DNA of 63,943 bases, the filler included. It is 15 parts of 15 records of this genome, joined end to end, with 100 filler letters (N's around TTAATTAATTAA, not from the genome) between each part and the next. Parts side by side here need not be neighbours in the genome. Positions count along the whole stretch, not along the records: positions 1 to 9,032 come from SRR11831586_952; positions 9,133 to 11,242 come from SRR11831586_985; 13 more parts are not named here. One strand, given 5' to 3'. Of the stretch, positions 1-11,342 are shown in pieces (within the stretch, counting starts at the first letter, position 1; each line of letters begins with the position of its first letter). The notes beneath the pieces were generated by a model. That model was given only the letters and a program-made list of their open reading frames with translations. It was not told the origin of the DNA and ran no database searches. The translations under genes and the position numbers were made by a program.

Positions 1-657
1 TGCATCATCCCGGAGAATTTATTCTCCGGGTCCATCTCCAGCGCCAGTCCTGACAACTGCTTTCTGTTTTTAATGAGATACCCTTTCTTGCTTTTAATTA
101 ATAAACCGTCGTGAATGAACTGCGCGAGAACATATAAAAGATGTCGATAAGAAACGCCTAAATACTCTGCCGCTTGCGTATGCTTTTCGTGATAAAGATC
201 ACCTTCCTGCGAGAGTAATATAAATGCTGCCAGGCGATTCACTAACGGAAATGATTGATTCTGAGTTAAAGAAACAATATTACGATAATTTTTATGACTT
301 AAGGTGACGCAGAGTTTTCGTAAAAATAGCGTGTCGTTTAATAACAGCGGACGGTAATGTTTCATAGGGAGCGCAAGGCACCAACACTCTTCAATAGCCT
401 GCACCGCACGCGGTTCATGGTCTTTATCGATTAACTCAATCTCGCCAATAAAACAGGGGGCGGCAAAGAAATCGATCAGCGACACGCGACCATTAGCTAG
501 CGTGGCGTAAAGCCTGGCGCGGCCTCGCGTCAGGTAAAACAGCCAGGACGGCTGTTGCCCTTCCTGCACAATGTAGTCACGCGCTAAAAAAATGAAACAG
601 CCGCGTATCGGCTGAAACATCCGTTAAAAAGCAATCCTTAAACGCGGATTCACTCAT
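1..657 (-). CDS. yeiL: CRP/FNR-family regulator YeiL; 3' end cut by the window edge; apparent +1 frameshift in the A-run at 586-592
   Basis: Manual translation [22 protein letters not shown]... and C-terminal ...ENKFSGMM; the two ends are out of frame by 1 nt; synteny with rihB. Confidence 0.88.
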
Positions 658-825
658 CAATTGCTGCTTAAGATCATTATTGTGGATTTCTTTCACGATG
701 TTTATCCGCTATGAGATTTCTCATATTTAGCATACGTACGCTGTTGTTAAGATTCAATCATCGGCCCGGTCGAATTTTCTTTGCTGTAGAAAAAATAACG
801 CAACTGGAAACAGAGGAAATAAACA

Positions 826-1767
826 ATGGAAAAGAGAAAAATTATTCTGGATTGTGATCCGGGTCATGATGATGCTATTGCTATAATGATGGCGGCGAAA
901 CATCCGGCAATAGATTTATTAGGCATCACTATTGTAGCGGGTAATCAGACGCTTGATAAAACATTAATTAATGGCCTGAATGTTTGCCAGAAACTGGAGA
1001 TTAATGTTCCGGTTTATGCGGGGATGCCGCAGCCCATTATGCGTCAACAAATCGTTGCCGATAATATTCACGGTGAAACCGGACTGGATGGCCCGGTATT
1101 CGAGCCGCTGACCCGCCAGGCAGAAAGCACTCATGCGGTGAAATATATCATTGATACCCTGATGGCAAGCGATGGCGATATCACTCTGGTGCCGGTTGGT
1201 CCGCTTTCAAATATCGCGGTGGCAATGCGTATGCAACCCGCGATCCTGCCCAAAATCCGTGAAATTGTGCTAATGGGCGGCGCTTACGGTACAGGCAACT
1301 TCACGCCATCTGCCGAGTTCAACATCTTTGCCGACCCGGAAGCCGCACGCGTAGTGTTCACCTCCGGCGTTCCATTAGTGATGATGGGCCTCGATCTCAC
1401 CAACCAGACCGTTTGCACCCCGGACGTGATTGCTCGGATGGAAAGGGCAGGCGGCCCCGCCGGAGAGCTGTTCAGCGACATCATGAACTTCACTCTCAAA
1501 ACGCAGTTCGAAAACTACGGCCTTGCTGGCGGCCCGGTGCACGACGCCACCTGCATCGGTTATCTGATTAACCCTGATGGCATTAAAACCCAGGAGATGT
1601 ACGTCGAAGTGGACGTCAACAGTGGCCCTTGCTATGGGCGTACCGTCTGCGACGAGCTGGGCGTTCTTGGCAAGCCCGCCAATACCAAAGTCGGCATCAC
1701 TATTGATACAGACTGGTTCTGGGGATTAGTCGAAGAGTGCGTGCGCGGCTACATCAAAACCCATTAA
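826..1767 (+). CDS. rihB: Pyrimidine-specific ribonucleoside hydrolase
   Basis: DCDPGHDD nucleoside hydrolase motif, 313 aa, E. coli yei synteny. Confidence 0.97.
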   Translation: MEKRKIILDCDPGHDDAIAIMMAAKHPAIDLLGITIVAGNQTLDKTLINGLNVCQKLEINVPVYAGMPQPIMRQQIVADNIHGETGLDGPVFEPLTRQAESTHAVKYIIDTLMASDGDITLVPVGPLSNIAVAMRMQPAILPKIREIVLMGGAYGTGNFTPSAEFNIFADPEAARVVFTSGVPLVMMGLDLTNQTVCTPDVIARMERAGGPAGELFSDIMNFTLKTQFENYGLAGGPVHDATCIGYLINPDGIKTQEMYVEVDVNSGPCYGRTVCDELGVLGKPANTKVGITIDTDWFWGLVEECVRGYIKTH

Positions 1768-1866
1768 GTGTTGATAACAAGCCGGGCCGGTATCGCAAGA
1801 TGCAGGCCTGGCTATTTCTGATGGGCAGAAAGCCGTCGCCCAATATGACATGAAGAGATAATCACT

Positions 1867-3117
1867 ATGGATGTCATGAGAAGTGTTCTGGGAATGGTGG
1901 TATTGCTGACGATTGCGTTTTTACTGTCAGTAAACAAGAAGAAGATCAGCCTGCGTACCGTTGGCGCGGCGTTAGTGTTACAGGTCGTGATTGGCGGCAT
2001 TATGCTTTGGTTACCGCCAGGGCGTTGGGTCGCTGAAAAAGTCGCTTTTGGCGTGCATAAAGTGATGGCGTACAGCGACGCGGGTAGCGCATTTATCTTC
2101 GGTTCTCTGGTCGGACCGAAAATGGATACCTTATTTGATGGTGCAGGATTTATCTTTGGTTTCAGGGTGTTACCGGCAATTATCTTCGTCACCGCGCTGG
2201 TGAGTATTCTCTACTACATCGGTGTGATGGGGATTTTAATTCGAATTCTCGGCGGTATCTTCCAGAAAGCATTAAATATCAGCAAGATCGAGTCATTCGT
2301 CGCGGTCACCACCATTTTCCTCGGGCAAAACGAAATTCCGGCAATCGTCAAACCCTTTATCGATCGTCTGAATCGCAATGAATTATTTACAGCGATTTGT
2401 AGTGGCATGGCCTCGATTGCTGGTTCGACAATGATTGGTTACGCCGCACTGGGCGTGCCTGTGGAATATCTGCTGGCGGCATCATTAATGGCGATCCCTG
2501 GCGGGATCTTGTTTGCCCGCCTGTTAAGCCCGGCAACGGAATCTTCGCAGGTTTCCTTTAATAACCTCTCTTTCACCGAAACACCGCCAAAAAGCATTAT
2601 TGAAGCCGCTGCGACAGGGGCAATGACCGGGCTGAAAATCGCCGCAGGTGTGGCAACAGTGGTGATGGCATTTGTTGCAATAATTGCGTTGATTAACGGT
2701 ATTATCGGCGGCGTTGGTGGCTGGTTTGGTTTTGAACATGCCTCGCTGGAGTCCATTTTAGGTTACCTGCTGGCTCCACTGGCGTGGGTGATGGGTGTGG
2801 ACTGGAGTGATGCGAATCTTGCCGGGAGTTTGATTGGACAGAAACTGGCAATAAATGAATTTGTCGCTTATCTCAATTTCTCACCCTATCTGCAAACGGC
2901 TGGCACTCTCGATGCTAAAACTGTGGCGATTATTTCCTTCGCGTTGTGCGGTTTCGCTAACTTTGGTTCTATCGGGGTGGTGGTGGGGGCGTTTTCTGCG
3001 GTTGCGCCACACCGTGCGCCGGAAATCGCCCAGCTTGGTTTACGGGCGCTGGCGGCGGCGACGCTTTCCAACTTGATGAGTGCGACCATTGCCGGGTTCT
3101 TTATTGGTTTAGCTTGA
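1867..3117 (+). CDS. nupX: Concentrative nucleoside transporter (CNT family)
   Basis: Polytopic protein with NEFVAY and CGFANFGS motifs, downstream of rihB. Confidence 0.93.
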   Translation: MDVMRSVLGMVVLLTIAFLLSVNKKKISLRTVGAALVLQVVIGGIMLWLPPGRWVAEKVAFGVHKVMAYSDAGSAFIFGSLVGPKMDTLFDGAGFIFGFRVLPAIIFVTALVSILYYIGVMGILIRILGGIFQKALNISKIESFVAVTTIFLGQNEIPAIVKPFIDRLNRNELFTAICSGMASIAGSTMIGYAALGVPVEYLLAASLMAIPGGILFARLLSPATESSQVSFNNLSFTETPPKSIIEAAATGAMTGLKIAAGVATVVMAFVAIIALINGIIGGVGGWFGFEHASLESILGYLLAPLAWVMGVDWSDANLAGSLIGQKLAINEFVAYLNFSPYLQTAGTLDAKTVAIISFALCGFANFGSIGVVVGAFSAVAPHRAPEIAQLGLRALAAATLSNLMSATIAGFFIGLA

Positions 3118-3124
3118 GTGTCAT

Positions 3125-3217
3125 TGCCTGATGCGCAAGCTTATCAGGCCTACATTTACTTGCTGAAATTGCCTGATTTGTAGGCCGGATAAGACGCGTT
3201 AAGCGTCGCATCCGGCA
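3125..3217. repeat. REP/BIME element (two convergent REP units)
   Basis: GCCTGATGCG..CTTATCAGGCCTAC and GTAGGCCGGATAAG..GCATCCGGCA between convergent genes. Confidence 0.92.
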
Positions 3218-3223
3218 ACATTG

Positions 3224-4312
3224 TTACACCATTGGCACTAATGAAAGCGCGTTATCGGCAGACAGGGTAGGGTTGTTTAAGCTGCCGCTGGCGCGCGAAA
3301 TTGCCGCGCAGGCTACCGCAAAACGGGCGCTGTCGCGGAAACTGTATCCTTCAAGAAAGCTATATACCAGGCCCGCCATAAAACCATCGTCAGCACCAAA
3401 ACTGTCTACTGTCGTATGCGCTGGCGCGGTCAGCAAAAATTGTTCTCCATCCTTTTCGCTGCAATAAACTGACTCATCGGGCAAATAAACAAACAGTTGC
3501 TGAACACCTTGCTGATGCAATGCATTCACTGCGGTATTACGGTCAGCATCGCTGGTGATCGCCTGTCCCCATAAAATTTCCAGCTCCGGTAAAGTGGGTT
3601 TCAGGGTGTGAATATGCGCCAGCCAGTGTTTGATTTTGCCCGCTTTGAATTCTGAAACGGTATCGACAAACACCGGGATTTCATCAGCGAGGGTAAAGAC
3701 CCATTCCAGCGCCTCGGCTGTCAGGTTGCAATCAGCCAGTACCACGCCCGCATGACGAAGTAAATCGCGCGACCCGTTCAGTAGTTGCGGTGTCAACTGT
3801 TCCAGCAGATGGGTATCGTTAATCGCCAGCACGGTTTGATCGTCTCGATTGGCAATTGCCAGATACGTCGATGTGCTTTGACCATGCAAACGAACGCAGC
3901 CGGAGACATTCACGCCGGCACGGCGCGTTTCTTCCAGGAGCATTTCGCCATAAAAGTCATCGCCAATCACTGAAAGCAAATGGACGTCACGGCCTAACAG
4001 CGCCAGATTGTGGGCGATGTTGCGTCCCACGCCGCCCGCTGAGCAATGAATTGTACCGGGATGAGAAGCCGATTGCGGGTAACGGATATCCGCCATCCCG
4101 CGAATATCCATATTGATTGTCCCCACCACTACGCAGTATTCCTGCTCGGTGAGAATGTAACCTTTGCCTTTAATCCGGCCTTTGCGCATTAAATCCATAA
4201 TATGCGCCGCAACGCGCGAACGGCTGATTTGCAGCATGTCCGCAATTTCGTTCTGCTGAATCAGCGGGTTACGCCGTAAAATTGCAAGGATCTCCTTTTC
4301 CCGGTTATTCAT
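3224..4312 (-). CDS. yeiI: PfkB-family sugar kinase with N-terminal HTH
   Basis: N-terminal wHTH, GGVGRNIA and DSFGADD PfkB motifs. Confidence 0.93.
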   Translation of the reverse strand: MNNREKEILAILRRNPLIQQNEIADMLQISRSRVAAHIMDLMRKGRIKGKGYILTEQEYCVVVGTINMDIRGMADIRYPQSASHPGTIHCSAGGVGRNIAHNLALLGRDVHLLSVIGDDFYGEMLLEETRRAGVNVSGCVRLHGQSTSTYLAIANRDDQTVLAINDTHLLEQLTPQLLNGSRDLLRHAGVVLADCNLTAEALEWVFTLADEIPVFVDTVSEFKAGKIKHWLAHIHTLKPTLPELEILWGQAITSDADRNTAVNALHQQGVQQLFVYLPDESVYCSEKDGEQFLLTAPAHTTVDSFGADDGFMAGLVYSFLEGYSFRDSARFAVACAAISRASGSLNNPTLSADNALSLVPMV

Positions 4313-4314
4313 CT

Positions 4315-5172
4315 TCAGGCTACCGCTTTTTCAGTTTGTTGCGCTTTCAGCCAGGCGATCTCTTCTGCCCAGATATCCGGGTTGATGGTTTCGAGGATCA
4401 GCGGAATGCCGTCGAAACGGTCGTCCTGCATGATCCAGCGGAACGCATCATGACCGATATTGCCTTCACCGAGGCTATGATGGCGGTCAACGCGGCTGCC
4501 AAAGGTGCTTTTCGCATCGTTAAGGTGCATCCCGCGCAGATACTTAAAGCCGACAGTACGGGCAAAATCCGCGAATGTTTTCTCGCATTCGGCTGGAGTA
4601 CGCAAATCATACCCGGCAGCGAAAGCATGGCAGGTATCAATGCAGACGCCGACGCGGGATTTATCTTCCACGCCGTCGATAATCGCCGCGAGATGTTCGA
4701 ATTTAAACCCTAAGTTACTGCCCTGACCGGCGGTGTTTTCTATCACCGCTGTCACACCTTGAGTTTTATCCAGCGCAATGTTGATGGATTCGGCAATACG
4801 CGCAAGGCAATCCTCTTCTGAAATCTGCATCAGATGGCTGCCAGGGTGGAAGTTGAGCAAAGAAAGCCCCAGCTGTTCGCAACGCTGCATTTCATCTATA
4901 AAGGCATCGCGCGATTTTTCCAGAGCTTCAGTGACCGGATGTCCGAGGTTAATCAGATAACTGTCGTGGGGAAGAATTTGCGCCGATGTGTAGTGATATT
5001 TTTCACAGGCGGCTTTGAATTCATCGATGGTTTGCGTCGTGAGCGGTGCGGCACGCCACTGACGTTGGTTTTTGGTGAACAAGGCAAACGCGGTTGCGTC
5101 GATTTCGGCGGCGCGAATTGCGGCATTTGCCAGACCGCCAGCAGCACTAACGTGCGCTCCAATGTATTTCAT
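4315..5172 (-). CDS. nfo: Endonuclease IV
   Basis: [24 protein letters not shown] motifs; 285 aa. Confidence 0.98.
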
Positions 5173-5245
5173 GCGAGGACTCCTGTTAAACCCGCTGGAG
5201 GAAAACGGTAATGATAGCGGGTTAACAGGAGCAAGATGTAGTGGT

Positions 5246-6295
5246 TTATGCGATGACGCTTTGAATCACATAGTTAATCGCACCACCACCAACAATCAGC
5301 CAGGCAAACAGTACCAGTGCCATCAGCAGAGGTTTCGCCCCAGCTTTTTTCAGCGCGCTGACGTGAGTGGTCAGACCCAGCGCCGCCATCGCCATTGCCA
5401 GCAGGAAGGTATCCAGCGTTACCAGCATGTTCACCACGCTCTGCGGTAACAGGTGGAACGAGTTAAAGATGGCAACTACGATGAACAAGATGGCAAACCA
5501 CGGAATAGTGATTTTGCTTTTCTCGCCGCTGTTCGCCCCAGACAGCTGTTTAACACGCGCCGCCAGCAGGATGAGGAACGGAGCCAGCATCATCACGCGC
5601 AGCATTTTGGAAATAACTGCTGCGTTTTCCGCATCCGGGCTGATGGCATGACCTGCCGCCACCACCTGCGCCACTTCGTGCACAGTAGAACCAATGTAGA
5701 TACCGAAAGTTTCCGGACTAAACCATTGAGACATCAGCGGATATATCGCCGGGTAGAGGAAAATCGCGACGGTCCCGAAGATAACAACGGTTGCAACAGC
5801 CACGGTTACTTTACTGGCTTCCGCTTTCACTACCGGCTCAGTCGCCAGTACCGCGGCAGCACCACAGATACTGCTACCGGCACCGATCAACCAGCTGGTG
5901 TGCTTATCCAGACCAAACACTTTCTGCCCCAGGAAGCAAGCCAGCAGGAAGGTACTGGACAGCGTCAACACGTCAATGATGATCCCACTGATACCGACAT
6001 CGGCAATTTGCGAGAACGTCAGACGGAAGCCATAAAGAATGATACCCAGACGTAATAAATATTGCTTGGCAAACAGCACACCACCGTCACAGCTTTTCCA
6101 GATGTGCGGATAGATGGTGTTGCCTAAAACCATCCCCAACAAGATTGCGAGGGTGAGGGCACTAAACCCGGCACCCGCAACCGCGGGAATGGAACCACCC
6201 CACAGGGCGACCCCGGTGATAACTGCACTCAGGGCTAACCCCGGAATAAAATGCCACAGTGTACGATGTTGTTTCTGTAAGGTGATATTCGTCAT
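5246..6295 (-). CDS. yeiH: UPF0324 inner membrane protein (putative sulfate exporter family)
   Basis: [10 protein letters not shown] motif, multi-TM, divergent from a LysR gene. Confidence 0.95.
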
Positions 6296-6393
6296 AACCC
6301 TCTCCTTTAACCGGGCATAAGGTTACGACTAACTGGTTTAAAAATAAAATTGATTATATATTTATAATTAATCTTTATAAGTGGTAAGCGACT

Positions 6394-7275
6394 ATGCACA
6401 TCACCCTCCGGCAGTTGGAAGTTTTTGCAGAAGTATTGAAAAGTGGATCAACCACCCAGGCGTCGGTGATGCTGGCGTTGTCGCAATCAGCAGTGAGCGC
6501 AGCCTTGACCGACCTGGAAGGGCAGCTTGGCGTGCAACTGTTTGATCGCGTGGGGAAAAGACTGGTTGTTAATGAACACGGGCGGCTGCTCTATCCGCGT
6601 GCGTTGGCATTGCTTGAACAGGCGGTTGAAATCGAACAACTGTTTCGCGAAGACAACGGCGCGATTCGTATCTATGCCAGTAGTACCATCGGTAACTACA
6701 TTCTGCCTGCAGTTATCGCCCGTTATCGCCATGATTATCCGCAGTTGCCGATTGAACTTAGCGTTGGGAATAGCCAGGACGTGATGCAAGCGGTGCTGGA
6801 TTTCCGCGTTGATATTGGCTTTATTGAAGGACCGTGCCACAGCACTGAAATCATTTCTGAACCGTGGCTGGAAGACGAGCTGGTGGTTTTCGCCGCGCCG
6901 ACTTCGCCGTTGGCCCGTGGTCCGGTCACCTTAGAACAGCTGGCCGCTGCGCCGTGGATCCTGCGTGAACGCGGTTCCGGCACGCGGGAGATTGTCGATT
7001 ATCTGTTGCTGTCACATTTACCGAAGTTTGAGATGGCGATGGAATTAGGTAACTCCGAGGCAATCAAACATGCGGTGCGTCATGGGTTGGGAATTAGTTG
7101 CCTGTCGCGACGTGTGATTGAAGATCAATTGCAGGCAGGCACATTAAGTGAAGTTGCGGTCCCTCTGCCGCGCCTGATGCGTACGTTGTGGCGTATACAT
7201 CATCGGCAAAAACACCTTTCCAACGCGCTACGGCGCTTTCTGGACTATTGCGATCCCGCAAATGTGCCGCGTTAA
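6394..7275 (+). CDS. yeiE: LysR-family regulator
   Basis: LysR HTH ([23 protein letters not shown]); synteny. Confidence 0.95.
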
Positions 7276-7479
7276 GTTGCTGTACAAGAACATGCTGGTG
7301 CTGTGTCGATTTCGTGACGCAGCGCCTTCAGCATGCATTCGCCAGAAAAGAGATTGGCTGCTTTACTTATAATCCCTGGGCGATCATGAAGGTGTCTTAT
7401 AACCGTGTATTTCTGCCGGAAGGATTGCCAATCGTCTGCTACAATCGCGCCTCATTTTTAAGATGGATAGCATTTTTGT

Positions 7480-8949
7480 ATGGTTTCCGAAACTAAAACC
7501 ACAGAAGCGCCGGGCTTACGCCGTGAATTAAAGGCGCGTCACCTGACGATGATTGCCATTGGCGGTTCCATCGGTACAGGTCTTTTTGTTGCCTCTGGCG
7601 CAACGATTTCTCAGGCAGGTCCGGGCGGGGCATTGCTCTCGTATATGCTGATTGGCCTGATGGTTTACTTCCTGATGACCAGTCTCGGTGAACTGGCTGC
7701 ATATATGCCGGTTTCCGGTTCGTTTGCCACTTACGGTCAGAACTATGTTGAAGAAGGCTTTGGCTTCGCGCTGGGCTGGAACTACTGGTACAACTGGGCG
7801 GTGACTATCGCCGTTGACCTGGTTGCAGCTCAGCTGGTCATGAGCTGGTGGTTCCCGGATACACCGGGCTGGATCTGGAGTGCGTTGTTCCTCGGCGTTA
7901 TCTTCCTGCTGAACTACATCTCAGTTCGTGGCTTTGGTGAAGCGGAATACTGGTTCTCACTGATCAAAGTCACGACAGTTATTGTCTTTATCATCGTTGG
8001 CGTGCTGATGATTATCGGTATCTTCAAAGGCGCGCAGCCTGCGGGCTGGAGCAACTGGACAATCGGCGAAGCGCCGTTTGCTGGTGGTTTTGCGGCGATG
8101 ATCGGCGTAGCTATGATTGTCGGCTTCTCTTTCCAGGGAACCGAGCTGATCGGTATTGCTGCAGGCGAGTCCGAAGATCCGGCGAAAAACATTCCACGCG
8201 CGGTACGTCAGGTGTTCTGGCGAATCCTGTTGTTCTATGTGTTCGCGATCCTGATTATCAGCCTGATTATTCCGTACACCGATCCGAGCCTGCTGCGTAA
8301 CGATGTTAAAGACATCAGCGTTAGTCCGTTCACCCTGGTGTTCCAGCACGCGGGTCTGCTCTCTGCGGCGGCGGTGATGAACGCAGTTATTCTGACGGCG
8401 GTGCTGTCAGCGGGTAACTCCGGTATGTATGCGTCTACTCGTATGCTGTACACCCTGGCGTGTGACGGTAAAGCGCCGCGCATTTTCGCTAAACTGTCGC
8501 GTGGTGGCGTGCCGCGTAATGCGCTGTATGCGACGACGGTGATTGCCGGTCTGTGCTTCCTGACCTCCATGTTTGGCAACCAGACGGTATACCTGTGGCT
8601 GCTGAACACCTCCGGGATGACGGGTTTTATCGCCTGGCTGGGGATTGCCATTAGCCACTATCGCTTCCGTCGCGGTTACGTATTGCAGGGACACGACATT
8701 AACGATCTGCCGTACCGTTCAGGTTTCTTCCCACTGGGGCCGATCTTCGCATTCATTCTGTGTCTGATTATCACTTTGGGCCAGAACTACGAAGCGTTCC
8801 TGAAAGATACTATTGACTGGGGCGGCGTAGCGGCAACGTATATTGGTATCCCGCTGTTCCTGATTATTTGGTTCGGCTACAAGCTGATTAAAGGAACTCA
8901 CTTCGTACGCTACAGCGAAATGAAGTTCCCGCAGAACGATAAGAAATAA
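7480..8949 (+). CDS. lysP: Lysine-specific permease
   Basis: APC motifs IGGSIGTGLF and FSFQGTE; 489 aa. Confidence 0.97.
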   Translation: MVSETKTTEAPGLRRELKARHLTMIAIGGSIGTGLFVASGATISQAGPGGALLSYMLIGLMVYFLMTSLGELAAYMPVSGSFATYGQNYVEEGFGFALGWNYWYNWAVTIAVDLVAAQLVMSWWFPDTPGWIWSALFLGVIFLLNYISVRGFGEAEYWFSLIKVTTVIVFIIVGVLMIIGIFKGAQPAGWSNWTIGEAPFAGGFAAMIGVAMIVGFSFQGTELIGIAAGESEDPAKNIPRAVRQVFWRILLFYVFAILIISLIIPYTDPSLLRNDVKDISVSPFTLVFQHAGLLSAAAVMNAVILTAVLSAGNSGMYASTRMLYTLACDGKAPRIFAKLSRGGVPRNALYATTVIAGLCFLTSMFGNQTVYLWLLNTSGMTGFIAWLGIAISHYRFRRGYVLQGHDINDLPYRSGFFPLGPIFAFILCLIITLGQNYEAFLKDTIDWGGVAATYIGIPLFLIIWFGYKLIKGTHFVRYSEMKFPQNDKK

Positions 8950-8970
8950 GTTTCCTCCCTTCCTTGCTAA

Positions 8971-8996
8971 GCCCTCTCAACCGAGAGGGCTTTTTC
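8971..8996 (+). terminator. Rho-independent terminator of lysP
   Basis: GCCCTCTC-AACC-GAGAGGGC followed by a T-run. Confidence 0.88.
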
Positions 8997-9032
8997 AATT
9001 CCATTTCCCTGACAAATCATGCGGATATAAAA

Positions 9033-9132
9033 NNNNNNNNNNNNNNNNNNNNNNNNNNNNNNNNNNNNNNNNNNNNTTAATTAATTAANNNNNNNNNNNN
9101 NNNNNNNNNNNNNNNNNNNNNNNNNNNNNNNN
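9033..9132. other. Artificial contig spacer. Identical copies at 11243-11342, 14079-14178, 18488-18587, 20884-20983, 25184-25283, 32742-32841, 35082-35181, 37288-37387, 43153-43252, 48634-48733, 51158-51257, 58545-58644, 60727-60826
   Basis: N44-TTAATTAATTAA-N44 puts stop codons in all six frames; unrelated sequence on either side. Confidence 0.99.
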
Positions 9133-9134
9133 AA

Positions 9135-10274
9135 GATACCTGTTCTGACGATCATCTATGGATAGTGCCAACCATTCTTAACTACGTAAAAGAGACGGGC
9201 GACTTCGGCTTTATTGATGAAGTGATTCCTTATGCTGATGGTGGTAACGCAACAGTTTACCAGCACATGATGGCAGCTCTGGATTTCTCAGCCGAATACG
9301 TCGGACAAACGGGGATTTGTAAAGGCCTGCGCGCTGACTGGAATGACTGTCTGAACTTAGGCGGTGGTGAATCCGCAATGGTTTCTTTCCTTCATTTCTG
9401 GGCTTTGGAAGCGTTCCTTGAATTAGCCAACTACCGCAACGATAGCGAGGCGCTAAGCAAATACCAAGCAATGGCTGACGGTATACGTGATGCCTGTGAA
9501 ACCCACTTATGGGATGGACAAGGCGAGTGGTATATCCGTGGTCTCACCAAAGATGGTGACAAAATCGGCACCTTTGAACAGGTAGAAGGCAAAGTGCATC
9601 TTGAGTCCAACTCTCTGGCTGTTTTATCAGGCGCGGTTTCTCAAGAACGCGGAGAAAAGGCCATGGATGCGGTTTACAAATACCTGTTCTCACCATACGG
9701 CTTACACCTCAATGCGCCATCATTCGCGACACCGAATGATGATATCGGTTTTGTGACTCGTGTTTATCAAGGCGTAAAAGAGAACGGCGCTATTTTCTCT
9801 CATCCAAACCCTTGGGCTTGGGTAGCAGAAGCGAAATTAGGCCGTGGTGACAGAGCGATGGAATTCTATGACGCTCTTAACCCATATAACCAGAACGAAA
9901 TGATTGAGACTCGTGTTGCTGAGCCTTACTCCTATGTGCAATTCATTATGGGACGCGATCATCAGGATCATGGTCGAGCAAACCACCCATGGTTAACCGG
10001 AACATCAGGCTGGGCTTACTATGCAGCGACTAACTACATCCTAGGTGTGCGTACTGGCTTTGATACCTTAATTGTTGACCCTTGTATTCCAACCTCATGG
10101 CCGGAATTTGAAGTGATTCGTCAATGGCGCGGCGCAACTTACCAGATCAAAGTGCTAAACCCGAATAGTGTAAGCAAAGGCGTTAAGTCAATGACGGTGA
10201 ATGGTGAGCAGGTTGATACAATCAACGCTCAACCACAAGGCAGCGTTAACCAAATCACTGTGGTAATGGGTTAA
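9135..10274 (+). CDS. chbP: GH94 N,N'-diacetylchitobiose phosphorylase, C-terminal part (Vibrionaceae-like)
   Basis: SDDHLW, GLRADWNDCLNLGGG (catalytic Asp region), KENGAIFSHPNPW, WLTGTSGW; followed by a phosphomutase as in Vibrio chb operons. Confidence 0.88.
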   Translation, partial: DTCSDDHLWIVPTILNYVKETGDFGFIDEVIPYADGGNATVYQHMMAALDFSAEYVGQTGICKGLRADWNDCLNLGGGESAMVSFLHFWALEAFLELANYRNDSEALSKYQAMADGIRDACETHLWDGQGEWYIRGLTKDGDKIGTFEQVEGKVHLESNSLAVLSGAVSQERGEKAMDAVYKYLFSPYGLHLNAPSFATPNDDIGFVTRVYQGVKENGAIFSHPNPWAWVAEAKLGRGDRAMEFYDALNPYNQNEMIETRVAEPYSYVQFIMGRDHQDHGRANHPWLTGTSGWAYYAATNYILGVRTGFDTLIVDPCIPTSWPEFEVIRQWRGATYQIKVLNPNSVSKGVKSMTVNGEQVDTINAQPQGSVNQITVVMG

Positions 10275-10295
10275 TAAAAGTTAACGACGGAGAAT

Positions 10296-10396
10296 CAGCG
10301 AACCAACATTGAACACAAACACGCCCTTCCTATCCATGGAGATCCAACCGTGCCATCCATGGCACGTAGGGTTTGTTTATCAATGCTGGTTCACTG
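10296..10396. repeat. ~100-bp intergenic inverted-repeat element (REPIN/MITE-like)
   Basis: Arms CAGCGAACCAACATTGAACACAAAC / GTTTGTTTATCAATGCTGGTTCACTG with inner hairpin CGTGCCA-TCCA-TGGCACG. Confidence 0.65.
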
Positions 10397-10445
10397 CCTT
10401 TTCTCTAAGGCGCTGCTTAGAGCGTCGATTAAAGGAGAACAGAAC

Positions 10446-11242
10446 ATGATTCAATTTGGTACTGGTGGCTGGCGCGCATTTATTGGTGAAGAGTTCACCA
10501 AAGACAACGTGCGTTTAGTCGCCCAGGCGTTAGCCAATATCATCAATAGTGAAAATGTGGCCAATGAAGGCTTTGTGATTGGCTATGACCGCCGTTTTCT
10601 TTCTGACAAAGCCGCACAATGGTTTGCAGAAGTGTTGGCTGGTAACGGGATAACCGTCAGCTTTATCGACAAGTTCGTGCCGACACCAGTGGTGATGTAT
10701 AAGGCAAAGCAGCTCGACTGTGCTTACTCTGCGTGTATTACCGCCTCTCACAACCCTGCTGATTACAATGGCGTAAAAGTATTTATCCGTGGCGGCCGCG
10801 ATGCCGATGAAATTATCACCAAGAAGATCGAACAGCAGATCTCGACACTGATGTTAAGTGACGTAACATCCATTGAATTTGATCAAGCGATTCAGGATAA
10901 ACAGATTATTGCGATCAACCCAATGAATGAGTTCGTCGATTCGATCATCGACTTTATCGACATTGAAGCGATCAAAAAAGCCAACTTGCGCGTTTTGATC
11001 GATCCTATGTTTGGCGTGGCGAAAAATGCGCTACAAACAGTATTGATCAATGGCCGTTGTGATGTGGATGTGATTAACGATGGTAAAAACCCCGACTTCG
11101 GTGGTTTGATGCCGTCTCCAAGCGCTGCGACCTTGTATCGCTTGCAGCATCTGGTTAAAGACGAAGGCTACGATATTGGTATTGGTACCGATGGTGATGC
11201 TGACCGCCTTGGCATCATCGATGAGAAAGGTAACTTCATCCA
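10446..11242 (+). CDS. Phosphoglucomutase/phosphomannomutase family, probable GlcNAc-1-P mutase; 3'-truncated
   Basis: GGAG RBS then MIQFGTGGWR; TASHNP phosphoserine motif; DGDADR metal loop. Confidence 0.9.
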
Positions 11243-11342
11243 NNNNNNNNNNNNNNNNNNNNNNNNNNNNNNNNNNNNNNNNNNNNTTAATTAATTAANN
11301 NNNNNNNNNNNNNNNNNNNNNNNNNNNNNNNNNNNNNNNNNN

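Noticed and set aside
9133-11242. Horizontal transfer of a chitobiose operon into E. coli between lysP and dnaK
   Set aside because: Spacers on both sides; lysP and dnaK are not neighbours; no junction sequence
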